Positions 28,858-38,778 of a stretch of 64,000 nt of DNA are shown here, in pieces. The stretch spans positions 41,266 through 105,265 of the forward strand of contig CABQWP010000001.1 in assembly GCA_902467875.1 (NCBI GenBank). The letters are read 5' to 3'. Source of the stretch: an uncultured Collinsella sp. (GTDB lineage Bacteria > Actinomycetota > Coriobacteriia > Coriobacteriales > Coriobacteriaceae). The notes under the pieces were generated by a model. It was not told where the DNA came from. It saw only the letters and a program-made list of their open reading frames with translations, and searched no databases. Within the stretch, counting starts at the first letter, position 1. Every line of letters begins with the position of its first letter. A program made the position numbers and the translations under genes.

Positions 28858-29280
28858 ATGTTTTATATCCCGTTTTGGATTTGCATCTTTGCCGGCGCGG
28901 CGATTGATGCCCGTCAGCGACGTTTTCCCAATGAACTTGCCGGTGCGTGTGCGGTGACGGCGTTAGTGGGCGTTTGGCTCGACAAAGGCGTTAACACAGC
29001 GCTTGACCACGCGGGTCTTGCCGTCATTGTGTATCTTGCTCTCGTGCTGACTGAGTCCCTCTGGCGTCGTCTTCGCCAAATCCCGGGCATCGGCATGGGG
29101 GATGCCAAGGCGCTCTTCGCGCTTTGCACGCTCGACCCTATGGGTGGCATCGTGGCATTTGCCGTCGCACTCCTGGCTCTGGCCCTTTCCTGCCTCTTCA
29201 CAAAATCGCGCTCCCTGCCATTGCTCCCGTTTTTAGTGCCGATTTTTGCCATAATCGAGGTCGTGGGCTGCACTTTGTAA
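28858..29280 (+). CDS. A24-family prepilin peptidase-like membrane protein
   Basis: Hydrophobic; IDARQRRFPN and GMGDAK aspartate motifs; LPLLPFL tail; RBS GAGGAG. Confidence 0.75.
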   Translation: MFYIPFWICIFAGAAIDARQRRFPNELAGACAVTALVGVWLDKGVNTALDHAGLAVIVYLALVLTESLWRRLRQIPGIGMGDAKALFALCTLDPMGGIVAFAVALLALALSCLFTKSRSLPLLPFLVPIFAIIEVVGCTL

Positions 29281-29311
29281 CCGATTGCGCATCCTTCTTA
29301 AGGAGCATGCC

Positions 29312-30559
29312 ATGGAATCTAATCAAGAAACGGCCGTCATTAAGGCGCGCATGGACCGTATTCCCTCAGCGTTGTCGCCCGAGCTTGTCGAGCGCATTGC
29401 CGCCGATCGTGCTTCGGGCTATGTCAACCCGTATCGTTGCAACGATGATCAGGTCATTCGTCGTATTGATCGCACTACCGACAAAGGCACGCTTATGCGT
29501 CCGGCGTTTATGCGCGATACCGAAAAGATACTTCATCTTCCGGCTTACACCCGGTATGCGGGCAAAACGCAGGTCTTTAGCTTTCGTAGCAATGACGATC
29601 TGTCACGCCGCGGTTTGCACGTGCAGCTTGTCTCGCGCATTGCGCGCGATATCGGTCGCGCCCTGGGGCTCAATTGCGATCTGATCGAGGCGATTGGCCT
29701 GGGCCACGACTTGGGACACACGCCTTTCGGCCATTCCGGCGAGCGCTTCCTCAACGATATCTATCATGAGCGTACGGGGCGTTATTTTTTCCATAACGTG
29801 CAGTCGGTTCGCGTGCTCGACGCGTTGTATGGCCGCAACGTGTCGCTCCAGACGCTCGACGGCGTGCTATGCCATAACGGCGAGTACGAGCAGCGTGTGT
29901 TTGAGCTCTCGGACATGGGCTCCTTTGACCAGTTTGACCAGACGGTTGAGGATTGCATTGCCACGGGCTATAGCGCAATTGAGCATCTGCGTCCCATGAC
30001 GCTCGAGGGCTGCGTCGTTCGCATCTCGGATATTCTTGCCTACGTCGGTCGTGACCGTCAGGATGCGATCGCGGCGGGCCTGCTGTCACCCGACGCTTTT
30101 GATGATGGCCGGGGCGGTGCCTACAACAGCTGGATCCTTACGCACGCTTCCATCGATATCGTGGAGCATAGCTATGGTAAGCCGCGCATCGAGATGAGCG
30201 AGGACCTGTTTGAGGAGATCCGCCGGGCCAAGCGCGAGAACTACGAGAAGATCTATAGCAAGGGCGGTATCGAAGGCGACTCCGAGGCGGAGCTGCGCGA
30301 AGCCTTCGAAAAGCTTTACGACCGTTGCCTGCAGGATATAAACGAAGGTGACGAGTCCTCGTATATCTTTAAACACCACATTTCTCGCATCGAGCAGCAG
30401 CTTTCCTACTACGATCGCGCCTATGCCTGGCAGGACGACAAGGATCAAGCCGTGGTGGATTATATCGCGAGCATGACGGACGGTTATTTCTGCGAACTGA
30501 CGAGCAAGCTGTTCCCGGGTCTAAAGTTTCCGCATCGTACCTATATTAACGAACGGTAG
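29312..30559 (+). CDS. HD-domain dNTP triphosphohydrolase (Dgt-like)
   Basis: FMRD...GKTQVF, H...GHDLGHTPFGHSGE, SDILAY, VVDYIASMTD. Confidence 0.88.
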   Translation: MESNQETAVIKARMDRIPSALSPELVERIAADRASGYVNPYRCNDDQVIRRIDRTTDKGTLMRPAFMRDTEKILHLPAYTRYAGKTQVFSFRSNDDLSRRGLHVQLVSRIARDIGRALGLNCDLIEAIGLGHDLGHTPFGHSGERFLNDIYHERTGRYFFHNVQSVRVLDALYGRNVSLQTLDGVLCHNGEYEQRVFELSDMGSFDQFDQTVEDCIATGYSAIEHLRPMTLEGCVVRISDILAYVGRDRQDAIAAGLLSPDAFDDGRGGAYNSWILTHASIDIVEHSYGKPRIEMSEDLFEEIRRAKRENYEKIYSKGGIEGDSEAELREAFEKLYDRCLQDINEGDESSYIFKHHISRIEQQLSYYDRAYAWQDDKDQAVVDYIASMTDGYFCELTSKLFPGLKFPHRTYINER

Positions 30560-30563
30560 TTCG
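30550..30563. promoter_or_regulatory. Gram-positive-type LexA (SOS) box upstream of rarA
   Basis: CGAACGGTAGTTCG matches CGAAC-N4-GTTCG; TATACT -10 candidate at 30576-30581. Confidence 0.75.
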
Positions 30564-30613
30564 TATTAATTCGGTATACTGTTAGTGGAAAACGTATTTG
30601 ATTAATACACGGG

Positions 30614-31969
30614 ATGGCTATGGACGACCTTTTTTCTGCTTCGACGCGCGAGCGTTCCTTTCAGAATGCGCCGCTTGCGGTGCGCATGCGCCCCAATTCG
30701 CTCGACGAGTACGTGGGCCAGCAAAAGGCCGTCGGTAAGGGTTCATGGCTGCGTGCCGCGATCGAGCACGACGTGCTTTCGAGCGTGATTCTGTACGGGC
30801 CTGCCGGTACGGGCAAGACGACGCTGGCCCACATTATCGCCAACCATACCAAGAGCGAGTTTGTCGAGGTCAGCGCCGTCACGGGTACCGTGAAGGACCT
30901 GCGTCGTGTAATTGATGAGGCCAAGACGCGCCTGAATACGTACGACCGCCGCACCATTCTATTCATCGATGAGATTCACCGCTTCTCTAAGTCGCAGCAG
31001 GATGCCTTGCTGCATGCAGTTGAGAACCGTACCGTCATTATGATTGGCGCTACGACAGAGAACCCGTACTTCGAGGTCAACTCGGCACTGCTCTCACGTG
31101 GTCGCGTCGTGGAGCTTGAGCATCTGAAGGATGAGGATATCGCCACGCTTATTGAACGTGCGCTTGAGGCACCGCAGGGTTTGAACGGTAAGTTCTCGGC
31201 CGATGAGGATACGGTCAAGACCATTTGCACGCTGGCAGCGGGTGACGCTCGCTCGGCGCTCACGACGCTTGAGCTTGCGAGCGAGATTGCCGTCACGCGT
31301 CCCGATACCGAGGGAACGCCAGCGCCTGCGGCGGGGGAGCGCTATCCCATCACCGTGGATGACGTGAAGATCGCCAACCCGCGTCGCGGCTTTACGTATG
31401 ACAAAAACGGCGACATGCACCACGACATCATCAGTGCGTTTATTAAGTCTATGCGCGGTAGCGACCCCGATGCCACGATCTATTGGCTCGCGCGCATGAT
31501 CGATGCTGGGGAGGATCCTAAGTTTATCGCTCGCCGCATTATGATTCACGCTTCTGAGGATGTTGGCAACGCCGACCCGCAGGCGCTTTTGGTGGCGCAT
31601 GCTGCCTTTAAATCTGCTGAAGTTATTGGCTATCCTGAATGTCGCATTAACCTTGCACAAGCTGCGCTCTATGTGTGCTTGGCGCCCAAGTCCAATGCGT
31701 GCGAGGCCTCGATCGATGCGGCGCTAGCCGATATCCACAGCAGTGGTCTTCGCGAGGTGCCCAGCTACCTGCGCGATCGCCATCGCCCGGGCAGCGATGA
31801 ATACGGTGTGTATAAGTATCCGCACGATTATCCCGAAGGCTGGGTCGATCAGCGCTATTTGCCCGAAGGCTTGGAACGCGGTGCATTTTGGCAGCCTGCC
31901 GGCCGCGGTTGGGAAGAATGGCGCGTAGAGCAAAGTGAACGCGACCGCAGCGGGAATGCACCGAAGTAG
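30614..31969 (+). CDS. rarA: Replication-associated recombination protein A
   Basis: PLAVRMRP, GPAGTGKTT, DEIHRF, GATTENP, ISAFIKSMRGSDPDA, YPHD. Confidence 0.95.
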   Translation: MAMDDLFSASTRERSFQNAPLAVRMRPNSLDEYVGQQKAVGKGSWLRAAIEHDVLSSVILYGPAGTGKTTLAHIIANHTKSEFVEVSAVTGTVKDLRRVIDEAKTRLNTYDRRTILFIDEIHRFSKSQQDALLHAVENRTVIMIGATTENPYFEVNSALLSRGRVVELEHLKDEDIATLIERALEAPQGLNGKFSADEDTVKTICTLAAGDARSALTTLELASEIAVTRPDTEGTPAPAAGERYPITVDDVKIANPRRGFTYDKNGDMHHDIISAFIKSMRGSDPDATIYWLARMIDAGEDPKFIARRIMIHASEDVGNADPQALLVAHAAFKSAEVIGYPECRINLAQAALYVCLAPKSNACEASIDAALADIHSSGLREVPSYLRDRHRPGSDEYGVYKYPHDYPEGWVDQRYLPEGLERGAFWQPAGRGWEEWRVEQSERDRSGNAPK

Positions 31970-32069
31970 CTGTTGATAATTTTGTCCCACGTTGCTGCTC
32001 ATGGCATGTTCGGTCCCCTTTGGGGTACCATGGAAACCGTCTGTATATCGATTCCTTTGGGAGGCTTGT

Positions 32070-32660
32070 ATGAGTCCCATTCAAATCGCCCTGCTGCTGC
32101 TCGCTGTTGCCGGCGTGTGGGCCATCGTTGAGCTCGCGCTTACCCTGCGCAAGACCCGCACCGTTGTCGACTCGCTCGATAAGACCGTTAACGACCTCAA
32201 CAACACCATCGCCGAGGCTCAGCCTGTGGTGGCAAAGCTCGATGGCGCTGTCGATGAGCTTACGCCGGCGCTTGCCCAGATGGAGCCGCTGCTTAAGTCG
32301 AGCAAGACGGCAGTTGATGCCCTTACCTCCAATCTCGTAGAGGTCGAAGCCGTGGTTCGCGACATTTCTGAGGTCACCGGTAGCATGGCCGAGGCCAGCA
32401 ATGCTGTGTCGAGCGTGACTGATTCTGCGGCAGGTGCCGTGCAGAAACTCTTTAACAAGGTGAAGGCTCCCGCGGCCGACGCTGAGTGCAAGCTTTCCGC
32501 TGCCGAAGAAGCCGAGCAGCCGACCGAGCGTGTCCTGATTGGCGAAGCCGGGGACGATGTCGCTGCTGGTGACAATGATGCACAGAAGCCTGCTGCTAAA
32601 GCAGCCCAGTATTACACCTACACGCCCGCCGAGACCTCTGAGGAGTCCTGCGATGAGTAG
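32070..32660 (+). CDS. DUF948-like membrane-anchored helical protein
   Basis: N-terminal TM followed by amphipathic helical repeats (VDSLDKTVNDLNNT...) and an acidic tail; RBS GGAGG. Confidence 0.65.
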   Translation: MSPIQIALLLLAVAGVWAIVELALTLRKTRTVVDSLDKTVNDLNNTIAEAQPVVAKLDGAVDELTPALAQMEPLLKSSKTAVDALTSNLVEVEAVVRDISEVTGSMAEASNAVSSVTDSAAGAVQKLFNKVKAPAADAECKLSAAEEAEQPTERVLIGEAGDDVAAGDNDAQKPAAKAAQYYTYTPAETSEESCDE

Positions 32661-33030
32661 CGAAGCAACTTGCCCCATTACGCTGACCGTTGCCGGCGAC
32701 CCGCGTCTGGCGCGCCTTGTGCGCATGACGGCGGCAAATGTCGGTGCGCTCTGCTCCATGTCCGTCGATCGCATCGAGGACATTCGTATGGCTGCCGAGG
32801 AAGCATTTATTTTCGGCTGCACGGCTGTTGATTCCGATGACATCTCGATCAAATTCGATGTCGACGAATCTCACGTTGGCATGACCTTTACCTTTGGCGA
32901 CCAGGCCACCGTCGACGAGGATGACCAGGCCGCTGTGTATGCCGAGCTCATTTTGGCGAGCGTGTGCGATTCCTACGAAAAGACTGCGGCGCCCCTGACG
33001 CTTTCCCTCGACCTCAAGGCGGATATCTAA
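32653..33030 (+). CDS. RsbW/SpoIIAB-like anti-sigma factor with degenerate kinase motifs
   Basis: LARLVRMTAANVG...DRIEDIRMAAEEA matches the N-terminal RsbW pattern; directly upstream of the sigma gene. Confidence 0.75.
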   Translation: MSSEATCPITLTVAGDPRLARLVRMTAANVGALCSMSVDRIEDIRMAAEEAFIFGCTAVDSDDISIKFDVDESHVGMTFTFGDQATVDEDDQAAVYAELILASVCDSYEKTAAPLTLSLDLKADI

Positions 33031-33031
33031 T

Positions 33032-33823
33032 ATGACCGAACGTTCCCGGAGCGGCAAGACCGCTTGGGACAAGGAGAAAACCCGCGAGCTGTTTCGTCGC
33101 TACAAAGAAACCGGTGATCCGGACGCGCGCGAGCAGCTCGTCATGTCCCATATGAACCTGGTAAGGTTTCTTGCCAACAAATTTAAGAATCGCGGCGAGC
33201 CGCTCGACGACCTCATGCAGGTCGGCTATCTGGGTTTGCTCAAGGCTATCGACCGCTTTGACCCCGAGCGCGGGCTCGAGTTCACGACGTTTGCAACACC
33301 CACTATCCTGGGCGAGATCAAACGCCATTTTCGCGACAAGGGCTGGAGCGTGCGCGTACCTCGTCGCCTGCAGGAGCTCTCGGCCAAGGTCAACCAAGCT
33401 ACTGACAAACTTACCAACGAGCTGCAGCGTTCGCCCAAGGTTGAGGAGATCGCTGAGTATCTAGATGTGACTGTCGATGAGGTCCTCGAGGCTATGGAAT
33501 CGTCTTCGGCCTATACCTCGGTGCCCATCGAGGCTCCTGGTGCGTCCGATTCCGACGATGCCCCCTCGATTCTCGACCGTTACGCCGACGACGACAACGA
33601 GCTCGACTTTACCGATGACCGCCTAGTGATCGAGGAAGCCATCCGTGATTTCTCGCCGCGCGAGCGCGAGGTGATCGAGCTGCGCTTTGTGAAGGGCATG
33701 ACCCAGATCGAGATCGCCAAGAAGCTTGGTATTTCTCAGGTGCAGGTTTCGCGTCTGCTGCGCCGCACGCTTAAGAAGATTCAGGACAAGATCGACCCCG
33801 ACGGAGTGATGATTCGTTCATGA
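33032..33823 (+). CDS. SigB/SigF/SigG-family RNA polymerase sigma factor
   Basis: DDLMQVGYLGLLKAIDRFDP, FATPTILGEIKRHFRDKGWSVRVPRRLQE, TQIEIAKKLGISQVQVSRL. Confidence 0.93.
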   Translation: MTERSRSGKTAWDKEKTRELFRRYKETGDPDAREQLVMSHMNLVRFLANKFKNRGEPLDDLMQVGYLGLLKAIDRFDPERGLEFTTFATPTILGEIKRHFRDKGWSVRVPRRLQELSAKVNQATDKLTNELQRSPKVEEIAEYLDVTVDEVLEAMESSSAYTSVPIEAPGASDSDDAPSILDRYADDDNELDFTDDRLVIEEAIRDFSPREREVIELRFVKGMTQIEIAKKLGISQVQVSRLLRRTLKKIQDKIDPDGVMIRS

Positions 33824-35232
33824 GTGAGCACCCCCAACAAACCGATCGCGTGCTGCGCGACACTCGCATTCTGACGCTGCGCATTTGGGCTGTTGTCGGC
33901 TGCATTGTCATCGCCGCTGTCATCTTTAACCTTATGGGCATCCTGGCGCCGGTTATTGAGTTTCTTGCCGTCGGCTCCATCATTGCCTTTGTGATGTCCC
34001 CGATCACCAACTGGCTCGAGCACCATGGCGTGAATCGCGGCATCGGTTCGCTTATCGCGCTTATTGTTGTTGTTGCCGTGCTCGTCGGTGTCGTTTGTAT
34101 CTTGTCGCCGATTCTCTTTGGTCAGATCATGGAAGTCCTGAGCCGCCTGCCCGAGCAGCTTCGTGTTGCAGGTGGCGATCTCAACGAGATGATCTCGCAT
34201 GCAAAGACGCTCAACAACACGCCGCTCAAGGAGTATTTGGACGATAATCTTTCGTCGCTGGTTGCCGTGGCATCGAGGTATGTGTCTCAGATTGCCGCCG
34301 AGCTTGGTCGTGGTGTGTTCCCACTCATCACCAATACGGCCTCGCAGCTGTTCGTTATCTTCCTTGGCCTGGTGCTTGCCTACTGGATGGCCTGCGACTA
34401 CCCTCGCATGCACCACGAGATTTGCACCATCATCGGTCAGGAGAAGGAGACCTCGTACCGCTTTATGGTCGCCATCCTTTCTCGCTCTGTCGGCGGCTAC
34501 ATGCGCGGTATGGTCGTGACGTCCATCTGCGGTGGTTTCCTCGCCTTTATCGGTTTTATGATCATCGGTCATCCGTATGCGGCGCTCATGGCTATCTTTA
34601 CCGGCATCATGCATTTGGTTCCGGTCGTCGGTCCCTGGGTGAGCGCAGCAATCGCCACGGTACTCGGCTTCATGTTCAGTCCCATGTTGGCGTTATGGAC
34701 GCTCATCGTGACGATGGTCGCGCAAAACGTCACCGATAACGTGATTTCGCCTAAGGTTATGCAGAGTTCGGTGCAGGTGCATCCCATCATGAGCCTCACG
34801 GCGCTCGTTATTGGCTCGGCACTCATGGGCCCCATCGGCATGATTATTGCCATCCCGCTATGTGCGGCCCTCAAGGGTATCTTCGTGTACTACTTCGAGA
34901 ATGAGACCGGCCGCCAGCTTGTGGCCTATGACGGCGCCGTGTTTAAGGGCACACCGTACCGCGATGCCGATGGCAACCCGGTCGCCGCCTACGACGCGCT
35001 CGGCGACGACACCTTCATCTACGAGTCCGAGCTCATCGGCAACGAGACCGCGCCCGAGGCCCAGGCCATGCCCAAACCCGAGCTCGATAATCCCTGGATG
35101 AAGCTCTCGGGCCTTCAGCCCGATGCTACGGGCTTTTTCAAGAATCCCTTCGCCAAAGACGACGATTTCAATATGAACGTCGAAACCAAAACCGGCATCG
35201 ACGGCTCCATGGACGATTCGGATTCTAAATAG
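33820..35232 (+). CDS. AI-2E family membrane protein
   Basis: Multiple TMs; LVPVVGP, QNVTDNVISPKVM...VHPI, GMIIAIP; overlaps the sigma gene stop (ATGA). Confidence 0.88.
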   Translation: MSEHPQQTDRVLRDTRILTLRIWAVVGCIVIAAVIFNLMGILAPVIEFLAVGSIIAFVMSPITNWLEHHGVNRGIGSLIALIVVVAVLVGVVCILSPILFGQIMEVLSRLPEQLRVAGGDLNEMISHAKTLNNTPLKEYLDDNLSSLVAVASRYVSQIAAELGRGVFPLITNTASQLFVIFLGLVLAYWMACDYPRMHHEICTIIGQEKETSYRFMVAILSRSVGGYMRGMVVTSICGGFLAFIGFMIIGHPYAALMAIFTGIMHLVPVVGPWVSAAIATVLGFMFSPMLALWTLIVTMVAQNVTDNVISPKVMQSSVQVHPIMSLTALVIGSALMGPIGMIIAIPLCAALKGIFVYYFENETGRQLVAYDGAVFKGTPYRDADGNPVAAYDALGDDTFIYESELIGNETAPEAQAMPKPELDNPWMKLSGLQPDATGFFKNPFAKDDDFNMNVETKTGIDGSMDDSDSK

Positions 35233-35238
35233 GTTCTA

Positions 35239-35478
35239 TTAACGTTTCTTGAAGTTGTAAATGACAAGAAACGCGACCAAAGCGATTGATAAGGGGCCGG
35301 CTACATAGAAAAAGAGAACGTCAATTGCGCGTAGAGTGCAATAAGCCTTATCGCCGGACATTACTGTATACAATACGTATCCAAATGATGGTTGGTTTGC
35401 GTACCAGCATGAGAAGGCTAAGAGCGCTAAAAGTGCTACAACCAGAAGTGCATTCAGGACAAATCGTTTGCTTTTCAT
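35239..35478 (-). CDS. Small AT-rich two-TM hypothetical protein (79 aa)
   Basis: MKSKRFVLNALLVVALLALLAFSCW...VAFLVIYNFKKR with RBS AAGGAG. No family recognised. Confidence 0.55.
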   Translation of the reverse strand: MKSKRFVLNALLVVALLALLAFSCWYANQPSFGYVLYTVMSGDKAYCTLRAIDVLFFYVAGPLSIALVAFLVIYNFKKR

Positions 35479-35672
35479 CGATCGCTCCTTCCGGGTGAAT
35501 CTTATATGCAATTATACAGCAGTCCTTTTTCAAAGGATCGCGCAGTACTAAATAACGTGCACTTTCGCTGGAGGGTCGCTGTTTGGCGACCCTCTTTTTT
35601 GCACAGGCGCGGCGGGATGGTAATATCGTTACGTTTGAACTGTTTCGATGTGAAACCGAGGAGATTCCCTCT

Positions 35673-38332
35673 ATGAGTGCTGACTACCCGTCAATGACTA
35701 CGGCCGAGATTCGCTCCAAGTTCCTCAACTTCTTTGAGGAGCGCGGTCTTAAGCTCTATCCTTCTTCGTCCCTCGTCCCTGACGATCCTTCGCTGCTGCT
35801 TGCCAACGCCGGCATGAACCAGTTTAAGGAGTACTACCAGGGCAAGAAGACCATGAAGGAGATCGGCGCTATCTCCTGCCAGAAGTGCGTCCGCACCAAC
35901 GACATCGATTGCATCGGCGAGGACGGCCGTCACCTGTCCTTCTTTGAGATGCTCGGCGACTTCTCCTTTGGCGGCGTCTCCAAGCAGCAGGCTTGCGCCT
36001 GGGCCTTTGAGCTCATCACCAAGGAGTTCCCGCCCCGCCCCTCGACCGCCTGTACTTCACCGTCTTTACCGAGGACGACGAGACTCACGACGTGTGGCGT
36101 TCTCTGGGCGTTGCTGAGGACCACATCTCCCGCCTGGGCGAGGACGATAACTTCTGGGCCGCTGGCCCCACCGGTCCCTGCGGTCCGTGCTCAGAGATCT
36201 ACTTTGACATGGGCGAGGAGGTCGGCTGCGGCAGGCCCGACTGCCAGCCCGGCTGCGACTGCGACCGCTTCCTGGAGTTCTGGAACCTCGTCTTTACCCA
36301 GTACGACCGCCAGGAGGACGGCTCCATGCCGGAGCTGCCGCACCGCAACCTCGATACGGGCATGGGCCTGGAGCGCATGGCCGCCATCATGCAGCACAAG
36401 ACCGCCAACTACGACGGCGATCTGATGCAGCACCTCATCAAGCTGGGCGAGAAGATTAGCGGCAAGACCTATGACGCCGACGATTACTCTGGCGCCAGCC
36501 GCTCCCTGCGTATCATCGCCGACCACTCCCGTGCCGTCGACTTTATGATCTCGGACGGCATCCTTCCCGGTAACGAGGGTCGCGAGTACGTCCTTCGCCG
36601 CCTGCTCCGTCGTGCCGTGTTCCACGGTCGCCTGCTGGGCATCGAGGGCGCCTTCCTGACCAAGTTCATCGACGAGGTTAACGCTCAGATGGGTGAGGCT
36701 TATCCCGAGCTGCTCAAGAATGTCGCGCTCGTCAAGGGTATCGTCGCCTCCGAGGAGGAGCGCTTCTCCACGACGCTCGACAACGGCCGCGTCTATCTGG
36801 ACGAGGCCCTGGCAGCGCTTGCCGAGGGCGCCGTGCTTTCGGGCGATGTCGCCTTTAAACTGCACGACACCTTTGGTTTCCCCATCGATCTGACCGTCGA
36901 GATCGCCGGCACCGCTGGCCACGACGTCGATATGGACGGCTTCACTGCCTGCATGGAGGACCAGAAGGCCCGCGCCCGCGCCAATGCCAAGGGCGACGCC
37001 TGGGGCAGCTTCAACGACGTGTGGGTCGAGCTTTCGGACAAGGTCGCAGCGACCGAGTTCGACGGCTATGACAACGATGTGATCGAGGGCGCCAAGGTTG
37101 TCGCCATCGTGCGCAACGGCGAGTCCGTCGAGTCCGCTGCCGCCGGCGAGGATGTCGAGGTTGTGCTCGACCGCACCCCGTTCTATGCCGAGATGGGTGG
37201 CCAGCAGGGCGATGCCGGCAAGCTTTCCGCCGAGGGCGTTGTTCTGACCGTTGCCGACACCAAGAACTACAACGGCCTGTATGCCCACGTCGCGCACGTT
37301 GCCGAGGGCACGCTGGCTGTCGGTGCCGCTGTTACCGCCGCGCTCGACGCCGAGCGCCGTGGCTTCCTGCGCCGCAACCACACCGCCACGCACCTGCTCG
37401 ACGCTGCCCTTAAGCAGGTCCTGGGCGAGCACGTCTCCCAGGCCGGCTCGCTGGTGACGCCCGAGCACCTACGCTTTGACTTCACGCACTTCGAGGCCCT
37501 GTCCTCCGAGCAGCTCAAGGCTGTCGAGGACCTGGTCAACCAGCAGATCTTCGCTTCCAAGCCGGTCGTGACCCGTGTCATGGGCATCGATGAGGCTAAG
37601 GCTGCCGGCGCTGTCGCTCTGTTTGGAGAGAAGTACGGCGATGTCGTCCGCGTCGTCTCCGTGGGCGCTGAGGACCAGCCGTTCTCCCGCGAGCTCTGTG
37701 GTGGCACCCATGCCGCCAATACCGCAGAGATTGGTCTGTTCAAGATCATTTCCGAGTCCTCCACGGGCTCCAATGTCCGCCGTATCGAGGCCGTGACCTC
37801 TAAGGGTGCCCTCGACTACATGGCCGACCGCCTGGCGCTCGTTGACGCCGCCGCCGCTGCGCTCAAGTGCCGCGTCGACGAGGTTCCCGCCCGCGTGGAG
37901 AACCTGCAGGCTGAGCTGCGCGAGACGTCCAACAAGCTCAAAAAGGCTCTGACCGGTGGCTCCTCCGACGCCATCTCCAGCGCCATCGAGGGCGCCGTCG
38001 AGCTCGACGGCTATAAGCTCGTTGTCGCTGAGCTCCAGGGCCTTGAGGCTGCCGACCTGCGCAACGTATGGGATACCGTGCATCAGAAGGTCGCCGGCCC
38101 TGTCGCTTGTGTCGTCGCCAGCGTGACTGAGAAGGGCACTCCGGCCCTGCTCGCTGCCGGCTCCGATGACGCCGTCAAGGCCGGTTTCCACGCCGGTAAC
38201 GTGATCAAGCAGATCGCGGGTCTGGTCGACGGTCGCGGTGGCGGTCGTCCCAACATGGCCCAGGCCGGTGGCAAGAATGCTGCCGGCATCGCCGATGCCC
38301 TCGCGGCCGCTAAGACCGCGCTCGGCGCCTAA
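35673..38332 (+). CDS. alaS: Alanyl-tRNA synthetase, apparent frameshift near 36030-36040
   Basis: N-part ANAGMNQFK, QKCVR, FFEMLG. C-part GPCGPCSEI, DTGMGLER, HTATH, ELCGGTH, GGGRPNMAQAG. Frames differ across a C-rich patch. Confidence 0.93.
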
Positions 38333-38349
38333 GAATCTAAGAAGTCGCT

Positions 38350-38778
38350 GTGGTTGCGCTCGCGCTGGACATAGGGGAGACCAGGATTGGCATCGCCGTC
38401 TCGAGCCGTGATGGCAAGATGGCGATGCCTGTCAAGGTGCTTCCGGCTGCCGAGGTCACCGGTATGGCCAAGACGTTCCGCTACCTGGTTGAGGACTATG
38501 AGCCCGACATCCTGGTAAGCGGACGCCCCCTGACCATGGCCGGTGAGCCCGGCCCCCAGGCCGAGCGCGTTGCCGCCGTGGCGCAAAAGATTGCCGACGA
38601 GCTCGATCTTCCGCTGGAGTTTGAGGACGAACGTCTGTCTTCGCAAGAGGCCAAGCGTATCCTGCGCGAGCAGGGCCTCAACGAAAAGCAGATGAGGGGC
38701 AAGATCGACATGATTGCCGCCAGCCTGTTTTTGCAGACGTGGCTCGATCGTAAAAACGAGGAGGTTTCGCATGTCTAG
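38350..38778 (+). CDS. ruvX: YqgF/RuvX resolvase-like nuclease
   Basis: LALDIGETRIGIAVS, EDERLSS, IDMIAASLFLQ; alaS-ruvX-mltG synteny. Confidence 0.92.
   Translation: MVALALDIGETRIGIAVSSRDGKMAMPVKVLPAAEVTGMAKTFRYLVEDYEPDILVSGRPLTMAGEPGPQAERVAAVAQKIADELDLPLEFEDERLSSQEAKRILREQGLNEKQMRGKIDMIAASLFLQTWLDRKNEEVSHV

Noticed and set aside
31981..32030. Possible SigB-type promoter (GTTC...GGGTAC) ahead of the DUF948-sigma operon
   Set aside because: The spacer is only about 11 nt, and TACCAT fits a primary-sigma -10 equally well.
35673..38332. Calling alaS a true pseudogene
   Set aside because: A single lesion in an essential gene, with the same C-run signature as other suspected sequencing errors.
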